Part shown: piece after piece, positions 36,301 through 48,300 of the stretch
Position numbering within the stretch: the stretch's first letter is position 1
How the letters are laid out: the number at the start of each line of letters is the position of its first letter
Source of the DNA: a virus
Reading direction: 5' to 3' (one strand)
DNA length: 64,000 nt
Virus record (IMG/VR): IMGVR_UViG_3300044818_000015
Location: 1 to 64,000 of that record
Made by a program: the position numbers and the translations under genes
Notes under the pieces: model-generated
Told to the model about the DNA's origin: nothing
The model's input: the letters and a program-made list of their open reading frames with translations, nothing else
Databases searched by the model: none

Positions 36301-39300
36301 TCCTCCATGGCTTCCGCGAGAGCTTTGGGGCCCTGTCTCGCCGCTGTCAGCCCCTTGCGGTAATTCGCCTTGAGGCGTTCCAGATCTTCGTTCTGTTTCG
36401 GCGTTAATTCCGGCACGTAGCACCGCCTCTTTCATCATGGGAGCAAGGTTTGTGATGGCTTGCTCGACTGCTTTGGCTCCATGCTGCTTGGTGAGCAACG
36501 TGAAGTAGTGCGTCCCTAACTCTACCGCTTGCGGGCGGGTAAGTCCCAGTTCTTCGTACTGGCCGCCCACCAGGTGCGTACCGATTTCGGCGGCGATCTC
36601 GTTTTCGGGGTATCCCTTGAGACGCAGTTGCACCGCTGCGTCTTGCGCGAACGGGTGATCGAGTAATTCCTGCTCGTGCTCGCCGAGGTGCCCCTCTAGC
36701 TGGTCGATACTGAGGTGCCACTTCTCATGGCGCAAGGTGGCCGCGGCGCGCTGCAGGCCCGCGCTTCCGTTGACCAGCAACACGGATTGCTCGTTAGCCC
36801 CTGCTTTTTCGAGAGCGAGCGCCAGCGCCGGATGGGTCGGCATCAGCGCTTTCACCGCCCTGACGACGTGGCGCGGGTGCAGGCGCATGCCATCGAGCGC
36901 CGGATCTCCCCAGACTTGGCCGATCGCGGTTACGTTGGCCTGGTTCGTGATCAGCTTACCGGGCTGTACGGTGATCCGCAGTGCGCCCGGGTCCGAGGTT
37001 TCGCCGTCCGGCGTGCGGGCGAACAGCGGCTGTCCCTGCATCACCGAATCCACCATGGCAGGCGTGATGTCGATCGAGTGCAACGGCTGCAGCGCGCCTG
37101 GATTATCGGTGGCTACCCTCGCGACGAAGGCCTCAGCCTGTGCGCGGGTTTCAAATTCCCTTACGGGTTCGGACAGAGTATCTTGGCTATCCAGAACGGA
37201 GAACATCTGGCCGGCTGCTCCGCCGTCCTGCTCGTCGATAAATAGGTCGCCGGCGATTGACGGTTTATTTATCTGCGTCGTCCCTACCTTCGCGTCCCAT
37301 TTTTTCCCGTACTTCTTGGCGTAGTCGACCAGTATCTTGTCGTAGAAGCCCTTCATCCCCTCGCCGCCGACTTTCAGGTCCAGGCCGGTGAAGGTTCTGG
37401 CGGCAGGGTCGCCAAAGTCCGACTTTTCACCCTCGCCCGCTACGATCCTTTGCGCCATCTCCTTGCCGACGATATCTTCGAGCCCTTCCGCCGTGACAGG
37501 TCCAGTGCGGCCGGTGTCGTAAATTGTCTCTCCGCCCTTGGCATCGACTGTAAGATCAAACGTCCCTCCTTTGGCTGGTTTTGCCCAAATGGATTCAAGT
37601 TGCTGGCTCAGGTCGTACCGGTCCGCATGCGTCTCGCCGGTGTCCCAGGCCAGCCTGTCGTAGCCGTTTTCCGCCGCATAGCGCAGCATCCGCTTGAAGG
37701 CGAGCTCGTGCCAGGTCTTGGCGAATGGTGCGGGAGGGACGCCGCTATCATTCTTGTGCACGGTGGACAGGGTGTTCGCCTTATCGATCCACTCCTCGCC
37801 GAAGTGCTCGCGGAGAGCTTCGAGCCGTTTCGCCTTACTCGCCTGCGCGGCTTTACTTGCCTGTGCGTTGGTGTCGCCCGGCCTTTCGAAAAGCCATCCG
37901 AAAGTGTAAGGGGATAGGCCGAGGTCAACGCTGTTGAGATACGCCTCTGCTTGATTGCGCAGCGCGTCCCACTGGCCTCCCTGGTAGCCCTTCTTCTTTC
38001 CTTCCTGGTGCCAGTCGCTCTGAAGTTCGTAGACGTGCAGGATCTTCTCAGGTGGGGTGTAAGGCGTTCCGTCGGCGCTGGTCCAGCGATCGCCGAAACG
38101 GACGTGCGCGAGGACGTTGGGCTCGCTCCAGTGGGAGGAGCGGTAAGTGCCCGCGGTCTGCCGGGTACGCTCCATCCCGTTGGCGTCGGTGTAAGTTTCG
38201 CTCTTCGCGCCGGGCAGTGTCAGTAGCAGCTCGCGGTAGTTCTCGCCGCCCGGGGTGACGTAGCCGCCGTACTTGGCTACAGATTCCCTGGCGGGGCCCT
38301 GGTCAAGGTCAATCTCGATGCGCTCTGCTTCGACGGCATCCTTGGCCGCAGCAATAGAGTCAAACTCGCCGAGCGAGCCATGGGTGCTCGTAAGGCTGAA
38401 GCCGTCGTATCCTTTATTGGGCGTGATAGTGTAGCGGCCTTCCGGCGTGTCGGCGATCCAGTCGGGAAGCTCTTCCTTCCACGCCGTAGGCTCGAGCTCG
38501 GCGCCTCCGCCCTTGACCACTTCCTCGACCTGCACCTCGTTCGCCTTCACGAACGCGAGCACCTGCTCCCGGGTCACCGGCCCCTTGCGCTCTTCGAGCC
38601 AGGTATCGAGTCCGGTCCATTTCAGCTCATCGGCCTTCACTCCACTCTGCGGGTTGCGCAGCATGGCCAGCAGTTGACCTGGCACGGCCGGTCCTTTCAT
38701 CTTGGCCGCGATCGCGCGCTCGAGCTGGGAATAGAAGCCCGGGGTTTTGCGGGAGTACTGCGGTGTGTCCTTGAAACGCTCGGCCTGCTCTGCGTGAAAG
38801 GCCTTCCATGCCGCCGCGTCCGCCTCATAGAATGCCTGAGCGGCTGCGGTGGAATCGTCGTCAAAGGGGCGGTCCGCTTGACTCTTCTGGAATGCCTGGA
38901 AGGCGCGGTCTCTCTCCTTCACGAACTCGTCGACGCGCCGGTGCTGCGCGTTGTTAAACTCCGCCCGGCTCGCTATTACCTTTTCGGCACGTTGCTGGCC
39001 GGTCTGTGCCGCCGCCGGCGAAAGCTCGGCCAGCGATTGCTCCAGCCGTTTGACGGCCGCAGCAGCCGCGGCGCGCTCGCCCGGTATGGTGGCGCGCTCC
39101 ATGAGTGCCTTCGCCGAGCGTAATTGATCGGTTAGCCTGGCGCGGGGGTCCTGGAGCACGCGCGAGTACTGCGGCTTGTCCGCTGCCTTCGGCTGGCGCG
39201 AGAAGAGCGGCGCCTGCTCCGGCTCCTGGCCCTGGTCGCCGAACAGGCTATCGCTGCCGCGGTCTTTCGCCGGCTTCAGCTTGGCGGGCCTGGCCGCCAT

Positions 39301-42300
39301 ACCGGATTTGACCTGCGCCGTCAGTTGCGCGCCGAGTAGCCGGTCCGCGGCCGATTGCGTCTCTGCTTGCGAGCTCGCTTCCGCCACGCGGTCCACCAGC
39401 GAGGCCTGGCCGGCGATTTCGTGCGCCTTCGCCCTGGCACGCTCCAAGGTCGGATAGATCGTAACCGTGGGCAGGGTCTGCTCGGCATCGAGGTCGCGCA
39501 GCGTGACCGCGTATCCGTTCGGATGCCTGGTGACCACGGACTCGAGGCCGTCTTCGTGGTTGGTATAGCGCGCCAACACTTCGGGCGCCTGGCGCGAGAA
39601 CTGCGGCGCATCGGGCGGCGCCTCGTCCGGCTTCACCGGATAGGCTTCGAGAATGCGATCGAGGATCGCCCCTGTCGTGTTGGGCCCGTCCCCGTCGTAC
39701 TTCCTGGGGATGTAATACACCGGCGTGATGCCCTTTTCGGAGAGAGCGCCAAGGGTCAACAGATTGCGGGCGACGTCCTGGTTTGGCGGGAATAGCTGAA
39801 TTACCTGGATCCGTCCAATGATCCCGCGGCGTACCTGGGTGTTGCCTTCGAGGGTGTAAGTCAGGTTGTTGCGCAGCACGTCGTCATGGAGCTGCTTGGC
39901 GTCGACGGTGCTCTTGCCGCCCGAAATGCGATCGAGCAAGGCGCGAATCCGCGATTCGGGAATGTCGATACCGACCACGCGCTCGGCAGTCTTCGAGTCC
40001 GCGGTGGTGTAGATGCTGTTGCGGATGAAGGCTGCATCGCGGATCGGATTCCAGAAGCGCATCACTTCGCCGCCAATCAGGTGGTGATGGGTGGTGGTGT
40101 GAGTCGGCGCCGCGTCGTAGCGCTCCTTCCAAATATCCTTGGCCCATTGCTGGGGATCCTTGGCGATGGCTTCCGCCGCGGCCAGCGGCGCCCGCTGCGC
40201 CTCCACTTCCTTGGTGCTGGCGTCAACCCGCTTGCGCTGCCAGCTATCCGCCGGCATCTCGTACGCCTTAGCCTTGGCAAGGGCAGTCTTCGCCCGTTCC
40301 AGTGCTTCCTCCCGCCGGGTGCGCGCGAAGTACTCGAAGTCCGGCGCCGCCGCCTCATCCGCGCGGCCTTGCGCATAGCTTAGATCGGATTCCGCGTCGC
40401 GCACCCTCGAGGTGCGGTTGTTGTCTTCGTCCCGCTTCAGTTGAGCCTGGTCGCGCTCGAGGTCCCGCTCCGCGCCCTTCAGCGCGTCCTGTGCCTTGCT
40501 CAATTCCTCCTTCGCCCAGGTGTCCACTTCCTTGAGGCCCTTGCCGCGCAGCTCCGCCTGCGTGACCTTGAGCCAGCGTCCGCGTTCCGGCTTGGCGGTG
40601 TAAGACGACGGTTCGACGTTTCCGTCCGCGTGCACGGTCGGCGGGGCGTCGATCACCAGATAGAGCACGCCCTTCTCGTTGCGCGCGATCGCCGCATGCC
40701 GCTTCTCGTGCTGCAGGAGGCGCTCGTCCAACTCCTCGGGCGACACGCGCTCCGTTTTGTTCTTGGCGTCAACGGGATAGTAGTAAGTCTCCGCGCCGGT
40801 CTTCGGATCTTTGGCGAGTAATCGCTGTTCCTTTACTTCGATCTCATCGCCCGGCAGGGTTTTGACGCCGGTATCGAGCGTGCCCGCGGCGATCGCCTGC
40901 TCAACGGCCGCATTAAAGATGTTGAAGAAATAGCGATACGTCGCGTTTTGAATGTCCGGATCGAGCGCCATCAGCCGGTTCAGCAGCTTGGTGACGTTCG
41001 TCATATCCGCGGGCGGGATTTCGGGCCCGCTCGAGCCGAGCTTGATTACTCTGAGATCGGTGAGAACCTGGAGGCCGCTGAGCCCGGTGCCGGGTACGGG
41101 TTGGTTGCGGAGGAGTTGGGTATAGAAGGAGTTGGTCGCGGCGCGGCCCTGCTCCGTCTCAATGTTGGCGTTCTCGCCCATGGCGGAGCCCGCCGCGGCG
41201 TTCTTCTGGCCTTTGGTCAACGCGCCGAGCGAACCCAGGCGCCGCTGAATGGTCGAAACGAACCGTTGCTCGCCCGCCAGGTCGGAAATCAGGAAGACGT
41301 ACTCGGGCGGCTGCTTCTGGTTGGTGCGGTGGGTGCGGCCCAGCATCTGCTGCGCCTTGTCCGCGGACCAGCCCGTCTGCAGGGTGATGTGATAGCGCTT
41401 TTGCTGGTTGGCGACGTCGTTGCCGGCGTGCAGCGAGATTCCGGTACCGCCCGCCGAGGAGAGCACCGCTACCCGCTTCTTGCCGCCTTGGAAGGCGCGC
41501 ATCTCGAAGAGGTTGATTTCTTTCTTCGAGGCCTTGGGGTCGCCGCGTGGTACGAACTTGCCGATGGAGCGGTCATACTTCTCTTTGCGTCCTGTGATCT
41601 CCGCGACGTGCTTGTCTCCGCCCAGGCTGTTGATCAGGATGTCGAGCGGATTCTCTGGCATGTGCAGATCGCGGTTGAGCTTCGCAATCAGCGCATCCCG
41701 GGCTTCGACGGCCGCCGGATTGACAACCGGGATCTTACGGCCCTGCTCATCGTTCCGGTAAACCGGCACTTTGATGGGGTTGCCGCTCGAGTCTACGTCG
41801 TCGGCATACTGCTGGGTCGGGTAACTCGTGAGGACCATGTTGACCAGGGCTTCCTTCGGCCCGAAGTCATACTCCGGTAAATCGTCCGGATCCTCGTCCT
41901 CGTCGCGCTGCTTGGCTTTCTCGCGATTCTGCGCCGCCTCGTTGGTGTTCACCAGCGTGATCACTACCGACTTACCCTCGGCCAGCGCCTTATTGGCGAG
42001 CTCTACCGCGGTGGGCGTCTTGAGCGCGGTAATCAGTAGACCGAAGAAGCGCTGCTGTGCGCCGCCGAACGCGGACATGAAGTTGCCGCGCTGCTGCCGG
42101 CCGCCATTGGTCGTATTGGCGATGGTGGCTTCGGCGTGCTGAATGACGGAGGCCCAGGCCTGCGTTGCGGTGCGGTACAGGTCTTTCTGTTCCTTGGATA
42201 GCTTGTGGGTCTCTGTCTCGTAAGTGACGCCCTTGTAACTCAGCGTCCGCGCCAGATACTTGCCCTGCGCCTTGAGTGAGCGGGCGATCAGCTCCATCGC

Positions 42301-45300
42301 GGCAATGCCGCCTGGCCCGATCTGCGACTGGAACTCGCCGAACCCTTGCGGGAAGGCTGTCCCTGGCCCCCACTGGCCCAGGCGATCGAGATAGCCGAGG
42401 TTGATTACATCGGTCGCGGCCGTCGCCGAGAGAGAGACCGTGCGCAGCTTCGGCATGCGCGCCAGCAACTCCTTGGCCGCTACGCCCCTCTGGCTTTCCG
42501 AGCCGCCTTGGGCGGCGACGGCCGATTTGAGATTGTGCGACTCGTCCCATAGGATGTACGCGCCTTCGCCGTCGTCATCGCCGCGTAGATACGCCTCCAT
42601 CTGGTCGATGCGGCGCTGCCCGGTCTTATTCTTGCCGGTGAGCAGGGCATAGGTCGAGAACAATACGCCGTCGTGCTCGATCTTCTTGCCGTAGCCGAAC
42701 TTACTGAACGCCTGCACGGCGGGGTTCTCGCCCATCACGTTCTTGCCGTCCTCGATGGAGATTCCGCGCGTCAAGGCGTCCGCGCCGATGTTGCGGAAGT
42801 CGTGAATGGCCGCGTCCATCAGGTCCCACTTCTCGGAGACCCAGATCAGGCGCTTCCGTCCCTGGAGATAGTTATCCCAGAGGATGCCGGCGGAAATGCG
42901 GCCTTTGCCCACACCGGTTCCGTCGCCGATCAGCGCACTGGCATAGTGCCCGCCGGGCAGGACGATGGAATTCTGCTGGCCCGCGAACGCGATCGCTTCC
43001 ATCTGCACGGCGGAGAGGCGGCCGTTTTCAAGGACCGAAGGCGGCAGGGAGGGCTTGTAGGAGATGGGTGGCGGCTTTACGGTCGCCATCGTGCGGGTTT
43101 CGACGATATCGCCGGGATGCGCCGGTCCGGCGATCGAGGGGCGGTACGGAACGAACGGGCCGTTGTCGGCTTCGGCTTCCGGTTGGGGGACTTCTTCGAG
43201 GTTCGGGCCTAGTGTGAGAGTAGACGGTCGTTCGTCATTTGAGTCCGGAGGACGGCTTTCAGGACGTTCAGCGGCGGGAGTTTCGGGATGTCCCGCAGAC
43301 TCAGTTCCGGGTTGGACTCCACCAGGTAGTTTATCGCCAGCACCGGCTTGAACTCCCGCATGCTGACTACCAGATCCTCCAGGCTTTCCGGCAGGTTTGC
43401 CCGCTCGGCCAGTTCCTCGGCCGCCCGGGTGTACTCCTGGCGGCACTGCATCATCATTGCCAGGATCTGCGCCCAGGCCAGTTCCGGACTTACCGGGCCG
43501 AGGGCCATTACCGCCTCGCGGGACAGGCTCGATTTGCGGGCGATCGGCTGCGACATCTCTAAGAAGATTGTACGCCTCCTCAAGCGTCTCAACATTTCCC
43601 TGGAGCACGGAGTCCCAGGTTTTCACCGCGCCGGGCTTCACCTGCGAGGGCGTGGCCCCGTTCTTGTCGATGACAATGATCCGCGTCGAGAACGTGGTGC
43701 CGTACTTCTGGTATTCCTTGCCGGCGATCCGGATGTTGGCGCGCACGTTGTACTGCGCCGCAATCCGCTCGAACCATTTGCCCGAGGGTCCGGTGGTGAG
43801 GTTGGCGCCGCCGTTGGTGTCGTCGGCGCGTCCGCCGCCCAGGATCACCACCAGCCGGCCGTTCGGGAGGAGACGCTGGAGCGCCTGGTCTACGTGGTTC
43901 AGCCCATAGATCGCGCGGTTTGTGGCTTCGTGCGATTTGATGGCGCTCGCCGAGAACGGCGGATTCATCAGCACCACGGTCGGACGGATGGCCGGATCGA
44001 GCAGCGCGTTGATCAGCTCGCCGTCGTGCGCGGTCGGCTTATTGAAGCCGATCAGCTCCATCATTTGGGCGCGGCGCTCGGAGACCTCGTTGACGTGGAC
44101 TTCGGCGCCAATGGCCTTCGGCCAGATAGCAATCCCGCCATTGCCGGCGGAGGGTTCGAGTACGACGTCAGTAGGAAGGATGCCGCCAACTCGGGCCACT
44201 ACATAGGATTCGGTTGGGGGCGTCGAGAATTGCTGGTTGGCCAGTTGTTCATCGGTCCGGACGCTCTGCGTGGTGACGCGCCCCAGCAGCTCGCGCAGAT
44301 CTTTCAACGCGGCGATGGGGTCCATTTCCATCAGCGCCTTGCCGCGTTCGAGCAGCAGCTTGTTGATGCCGGCTTCCATGGCATCGAAGGCGTCTTTCGG
44401 GGTCCAGTCGCCCGAGGCGCGGGATCCGCCCAGGTGGAGCTCCGCCAGCTTATTGAACTCGACGACGTTGCCGAGCGAGCCGCCGGATTTCAGCTTGTCG
44501 TAGACGGCATCGATGAGCGCTTGCGCGGGATGCGCCGCGGGCTCAGGCTCAGGCGCGCTCGTCGACACGCCATTAATCTTGCGGATATCCGCCGGTTTGA
44601 TGTAGACGGAGCGGGCCGGCTTGTCGGTGGCCGGGATGCGTACTTCAATCTCGCCGCTACTGCCGTAGATCGCGACGACATTACCCTTGTGGATGCCCTG
44701 CGGGGAATCGAAGACCACAACATCGCCCTTGTTGACGACGGGCATCGGCTTGTCGGCTTGTACTGGTTGCTGATCGCCGGACGCGGGTTTCTCGGCCGGG
44801 GGCTTCATGGGCTCCACGGTCTTGCCGTTAATCTTCGCCACGGCGACGGCGAGACGGTGCACCTGGCGCAGCGCGTCTTCCGGAGTCTGGCCGGTTTTCT
44901 TGGCGTACCACTGGATCACCGGGCCGACGTCCTCGTTCATGCGGGCGAGCCAGGCGGCTTCGTCGGTCACGCCATCGAGCATGTGCTCGGCGCCGACCGT
45001 GGCCAGATCGATGCGCGCCTGCTTGATACGCGGATCGGGCGGGGTGGTTCCGTTGGCGCCTTCGGTGCGCGAGTATTGCGGCTTGTCGGGCTTAGAATTG
45101 ACTTCGCCATCTTCGGGCGCGATATTGGAATCAGGTGCACCACTGTTCGGCGAAGGAGTTTCGCCGCTCCCTTTGCGGGGGGTTCCGGGAACACTCGTAG
45201 TCCTCCCGGAAGGCAGAGGAACTTGACCGCTGGTTCCCGGGGGAGTCGGTCCGGGACCTTTCGGGGCTTCACCAACGCGGATTCTGGTGGTGAGGGCCGG

Positions 45301-48300
45301 CGGTTCATCTTCATATACGGTAAGCAGCCATTTCTTCGCTTTCCCGTCATAGTCCAGGCGCACTGCGGCTTTGTGCCGATCGTCAAATAGCCGAATACGA
45401 TTCGCTCCTGAACGCTTTTCATCCACCTGCATCTTCGGAAAGAACTCCGGGAGCTCGGCAAGAATTGCGGTGCGGCCCTTAGCCACCAGCTTGGCGACGC
45501 CCTCTCCGTCCTCGAAGTCCTTTTCTGGCGTGCCCGACTTTCCCCAGATGATGTCCACGTCCCCGAGGCGGGGGTCCGGGTGATATAGTGCCGCTACCGC
45601 GTCACCGGTCTCATGTTCGAGGAGCCACGAGATCGCGCCTTTGGCGTCGTGGTGGAACTGCCGGAGAATCGGCCCGTGCGATCCCATTTCTGGCTGATCT
45701 GTCCTCCGCGAGTACTGTGGTTTGTCGTCTTCCTCCAGCAGCGCCTTCATGCGATCGCGCGCTTCCTTGCCGGCATCGGCGAGCGGATTGGCTTTGGCGG
45801 GCGGCGCGGCCTTCTTCGGAGCGGACGGGTGATTTGGCGGGAATTTGGATTTCGGGGCGGGGGTTGCCGTGCTTGCGTCAACGGTGACGACCTTGCCGCT
45901 GTCTCTCACGGCCAGGGTGAAGGCGGGCTCCTGGTCGCCGTGGTTGTCGATGCGCAATACCTCGCCAGAATGCGCGGTACCGCCAGGCCCGTTGAAAGTC
46001 ACCCTTCCGCCGATAGGAAACCGCTTTTCCATGTCGGCCGTAGTGGCGCGAGCCGTGCCGCGCTTCGCCGCAATTGCGGCAGCCGCGGCGTCGACGGCCT
46101 CTTGCTCTTCGTCGGAGATCTCGGGCTCGGCGGGCTTTCCGGAAGCGAGCGCCTTGAGATCGGAGATCTGGCCCCGGAGAAACTGCTTATTCTCCTCACC
46201 AGCCGCCGCGGCGTCTTCCAGAATGGATTCGGCTATGGCGATGTCACCCCGGATCTCGGCGCGGGCATCCGCCCGGGCTCCAGCCGAATCGGAGCTGAGT
46301 GTCAACTCCCACTGCTTTTGTTTCTCGAAGAGGCTGTCGATGATATTGGCGAGCGCTAATTCGGCCTCGTTTTTAGCCCTGTGTTCCTTTTGAAGCTGGT
46401 CTTCGAGATTGGCCGTGTGCTTCTTGCTGATAGGGATCTTCTCGGCGGTGGTCAGGTCTTCCGTCACTGGCGCGGGAGCCACCGGTCCGGTCTTCGGCGC
46501 TCCGAACGCCTTGGCGAATTCCTCGACCGGATCCGGTTGCTCGAAGAACGATTCCGCGGTGGAGCGTTCCACATAGGCGCGGACCATCTTGGCGATCGCG
46601 GTGCCGGAATCCTTGCGCAGGATGCCGGCCAGGTGCTCCGCCCGCGGCGTCGTCTCCGGCCGCTGGCTGCCGAACATCTCGGGCTGGTCCTTGGCAAGCT
46701 GGCTGTTGGCGTCGAATCCGTGCGCCTTCTTGTAGTCGGCCTCGTATTCGATCAGCGCCGTGGCCTGGCGGACGTCGGGTGAAAGCGTCCAATCCGGACG
46801 CGCTTCGATGATGCGCAATAGGGGGGCAATGCGCTCCAGTTTGTTGCGCAGCGCGGGGGCGATGCGCTTAAACTGGTCGCTGTCTTCGAACAGGCTGCCC
46901 ATCACCAGCTTGGCTACGCGCTCCTTGGCGGCCTTGGTGACCGCGCCGCTGGTCGAATCGAAAAGGACGGGCCGCTCCTCTTCGGTAAAAATGCCTTCGC
47001 TGATGAGCCGGTTGACGATGCTCGGGCCCATCTTCGAGTTCATGATGTCGTTGAGCGAATCATCGGGACCGAAGGATTCGAGGACGGAGGCGAGATACTT
47101 CGCCAACTCCGGGGTGATGCTGCGGGCGTCTTCCGTTGCCTGTTCGGCAGTCGAGAGCTTTGCCGTGGGTACTTTGTTGAGGTCGGCGATTGCGCGTTGC
47201 TTGTCGATAGTGTCGTCGGCGATAACGCGGAACAGGCCCGGCTTTTTGAATCCGTCTATCCCGGCGGGATCGATACCGAACATGGGGGCGCGCTTCCTGA
47301 GCCGCTCCTGGTACCGCTTGGCAAGTTCAGGAATCTTGTAGGCGCGCTTCAGGGTGATGAGCCGGTTGTTGCCACCGAGGGCGTTGCCTACGTCCTCAAT
47401 GACGGAGGGGCCGTTGATCGCGTCGGGGTTGTCATTGATGAGATAAGCCTCATCGAAGAAGGCGGGCAGGCTGTTTTGGATCGGACGGGCCCGGTTCAGC
47501 TCGTCGCTGTAATCTCGGCCGTTAACGTATGGATAGTCGGGGTCTTCTTCGAAAGTAAAAGGATCGTGGCTGGGGCGAACGTCGTCTATTTCTCGGATGG
47601 AGTAATAGGCTTCGTAGGGGAGGGCTCTTCCCTTGACACGAATTTGCGTCCGTTCGCCTTTAATCTCTTTTCGGCCTGTTGGAGGCGGTTCAGGAAGCGA
47701 TTCTCCTTCGTCTCCACGCTGTCCTCGGGCTGAACGTGTTTCATCGGATGGCTCCTCTACTATAGGCGTTTTGTCGGCTGGGGGTTTTTCTTGTATTGAA
47801 CCTTCCTCAGATGTGGCGGTCGGTCCAGCGGCTTCGGTGGTTGTGGCAGGCCGGATGCGCTCCCAGTAAACGGTGGCTTCAACGTCGTCATCGTCGAATT
47901 TGACGCGAATGCCGTCCCGCGTCTTCGTGTTGGCAAAGCGTTTGAGGTCGACCATTTTGACCACTGCCGGGCGGTCGGGCTTCTCGCCGGGGATGCTTAC
48001 CAGGACGTGCTGGCCCACCGCGAAATCGTGGATGCCGGCGGGCTTCTTCAGATCCGGATAGTCGGCCAACACTTCCGGCGGTATGGTCTCGCCAACGTTC
48101 ATTGCCTTCCGGATCGCGGCCTCATGGCGCCGGGAGAGTTCCGTTGTCGGGACGCGGGCGGCGCCGTAGCGCTCCGGATCGCGCAATTCTCCTTGAATCA
48201 TCTGCGCAAAATCGTTGCCGGGGTTGTTGTAGTCGCCGTAGGTATCAGCGAGCGCGTTATGGCGCGCAGTCGTATCGCGACTGTGGTTCAGGAGGTCGGC

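Noticed and set aside
45133-45305. Genuine tRNA genes
   Set aside because: No T-loop GTTCRA, D-loop or CCA pattern; arm and loop sizes do not fit; retained only as tRNA-like ncRNA candidates.
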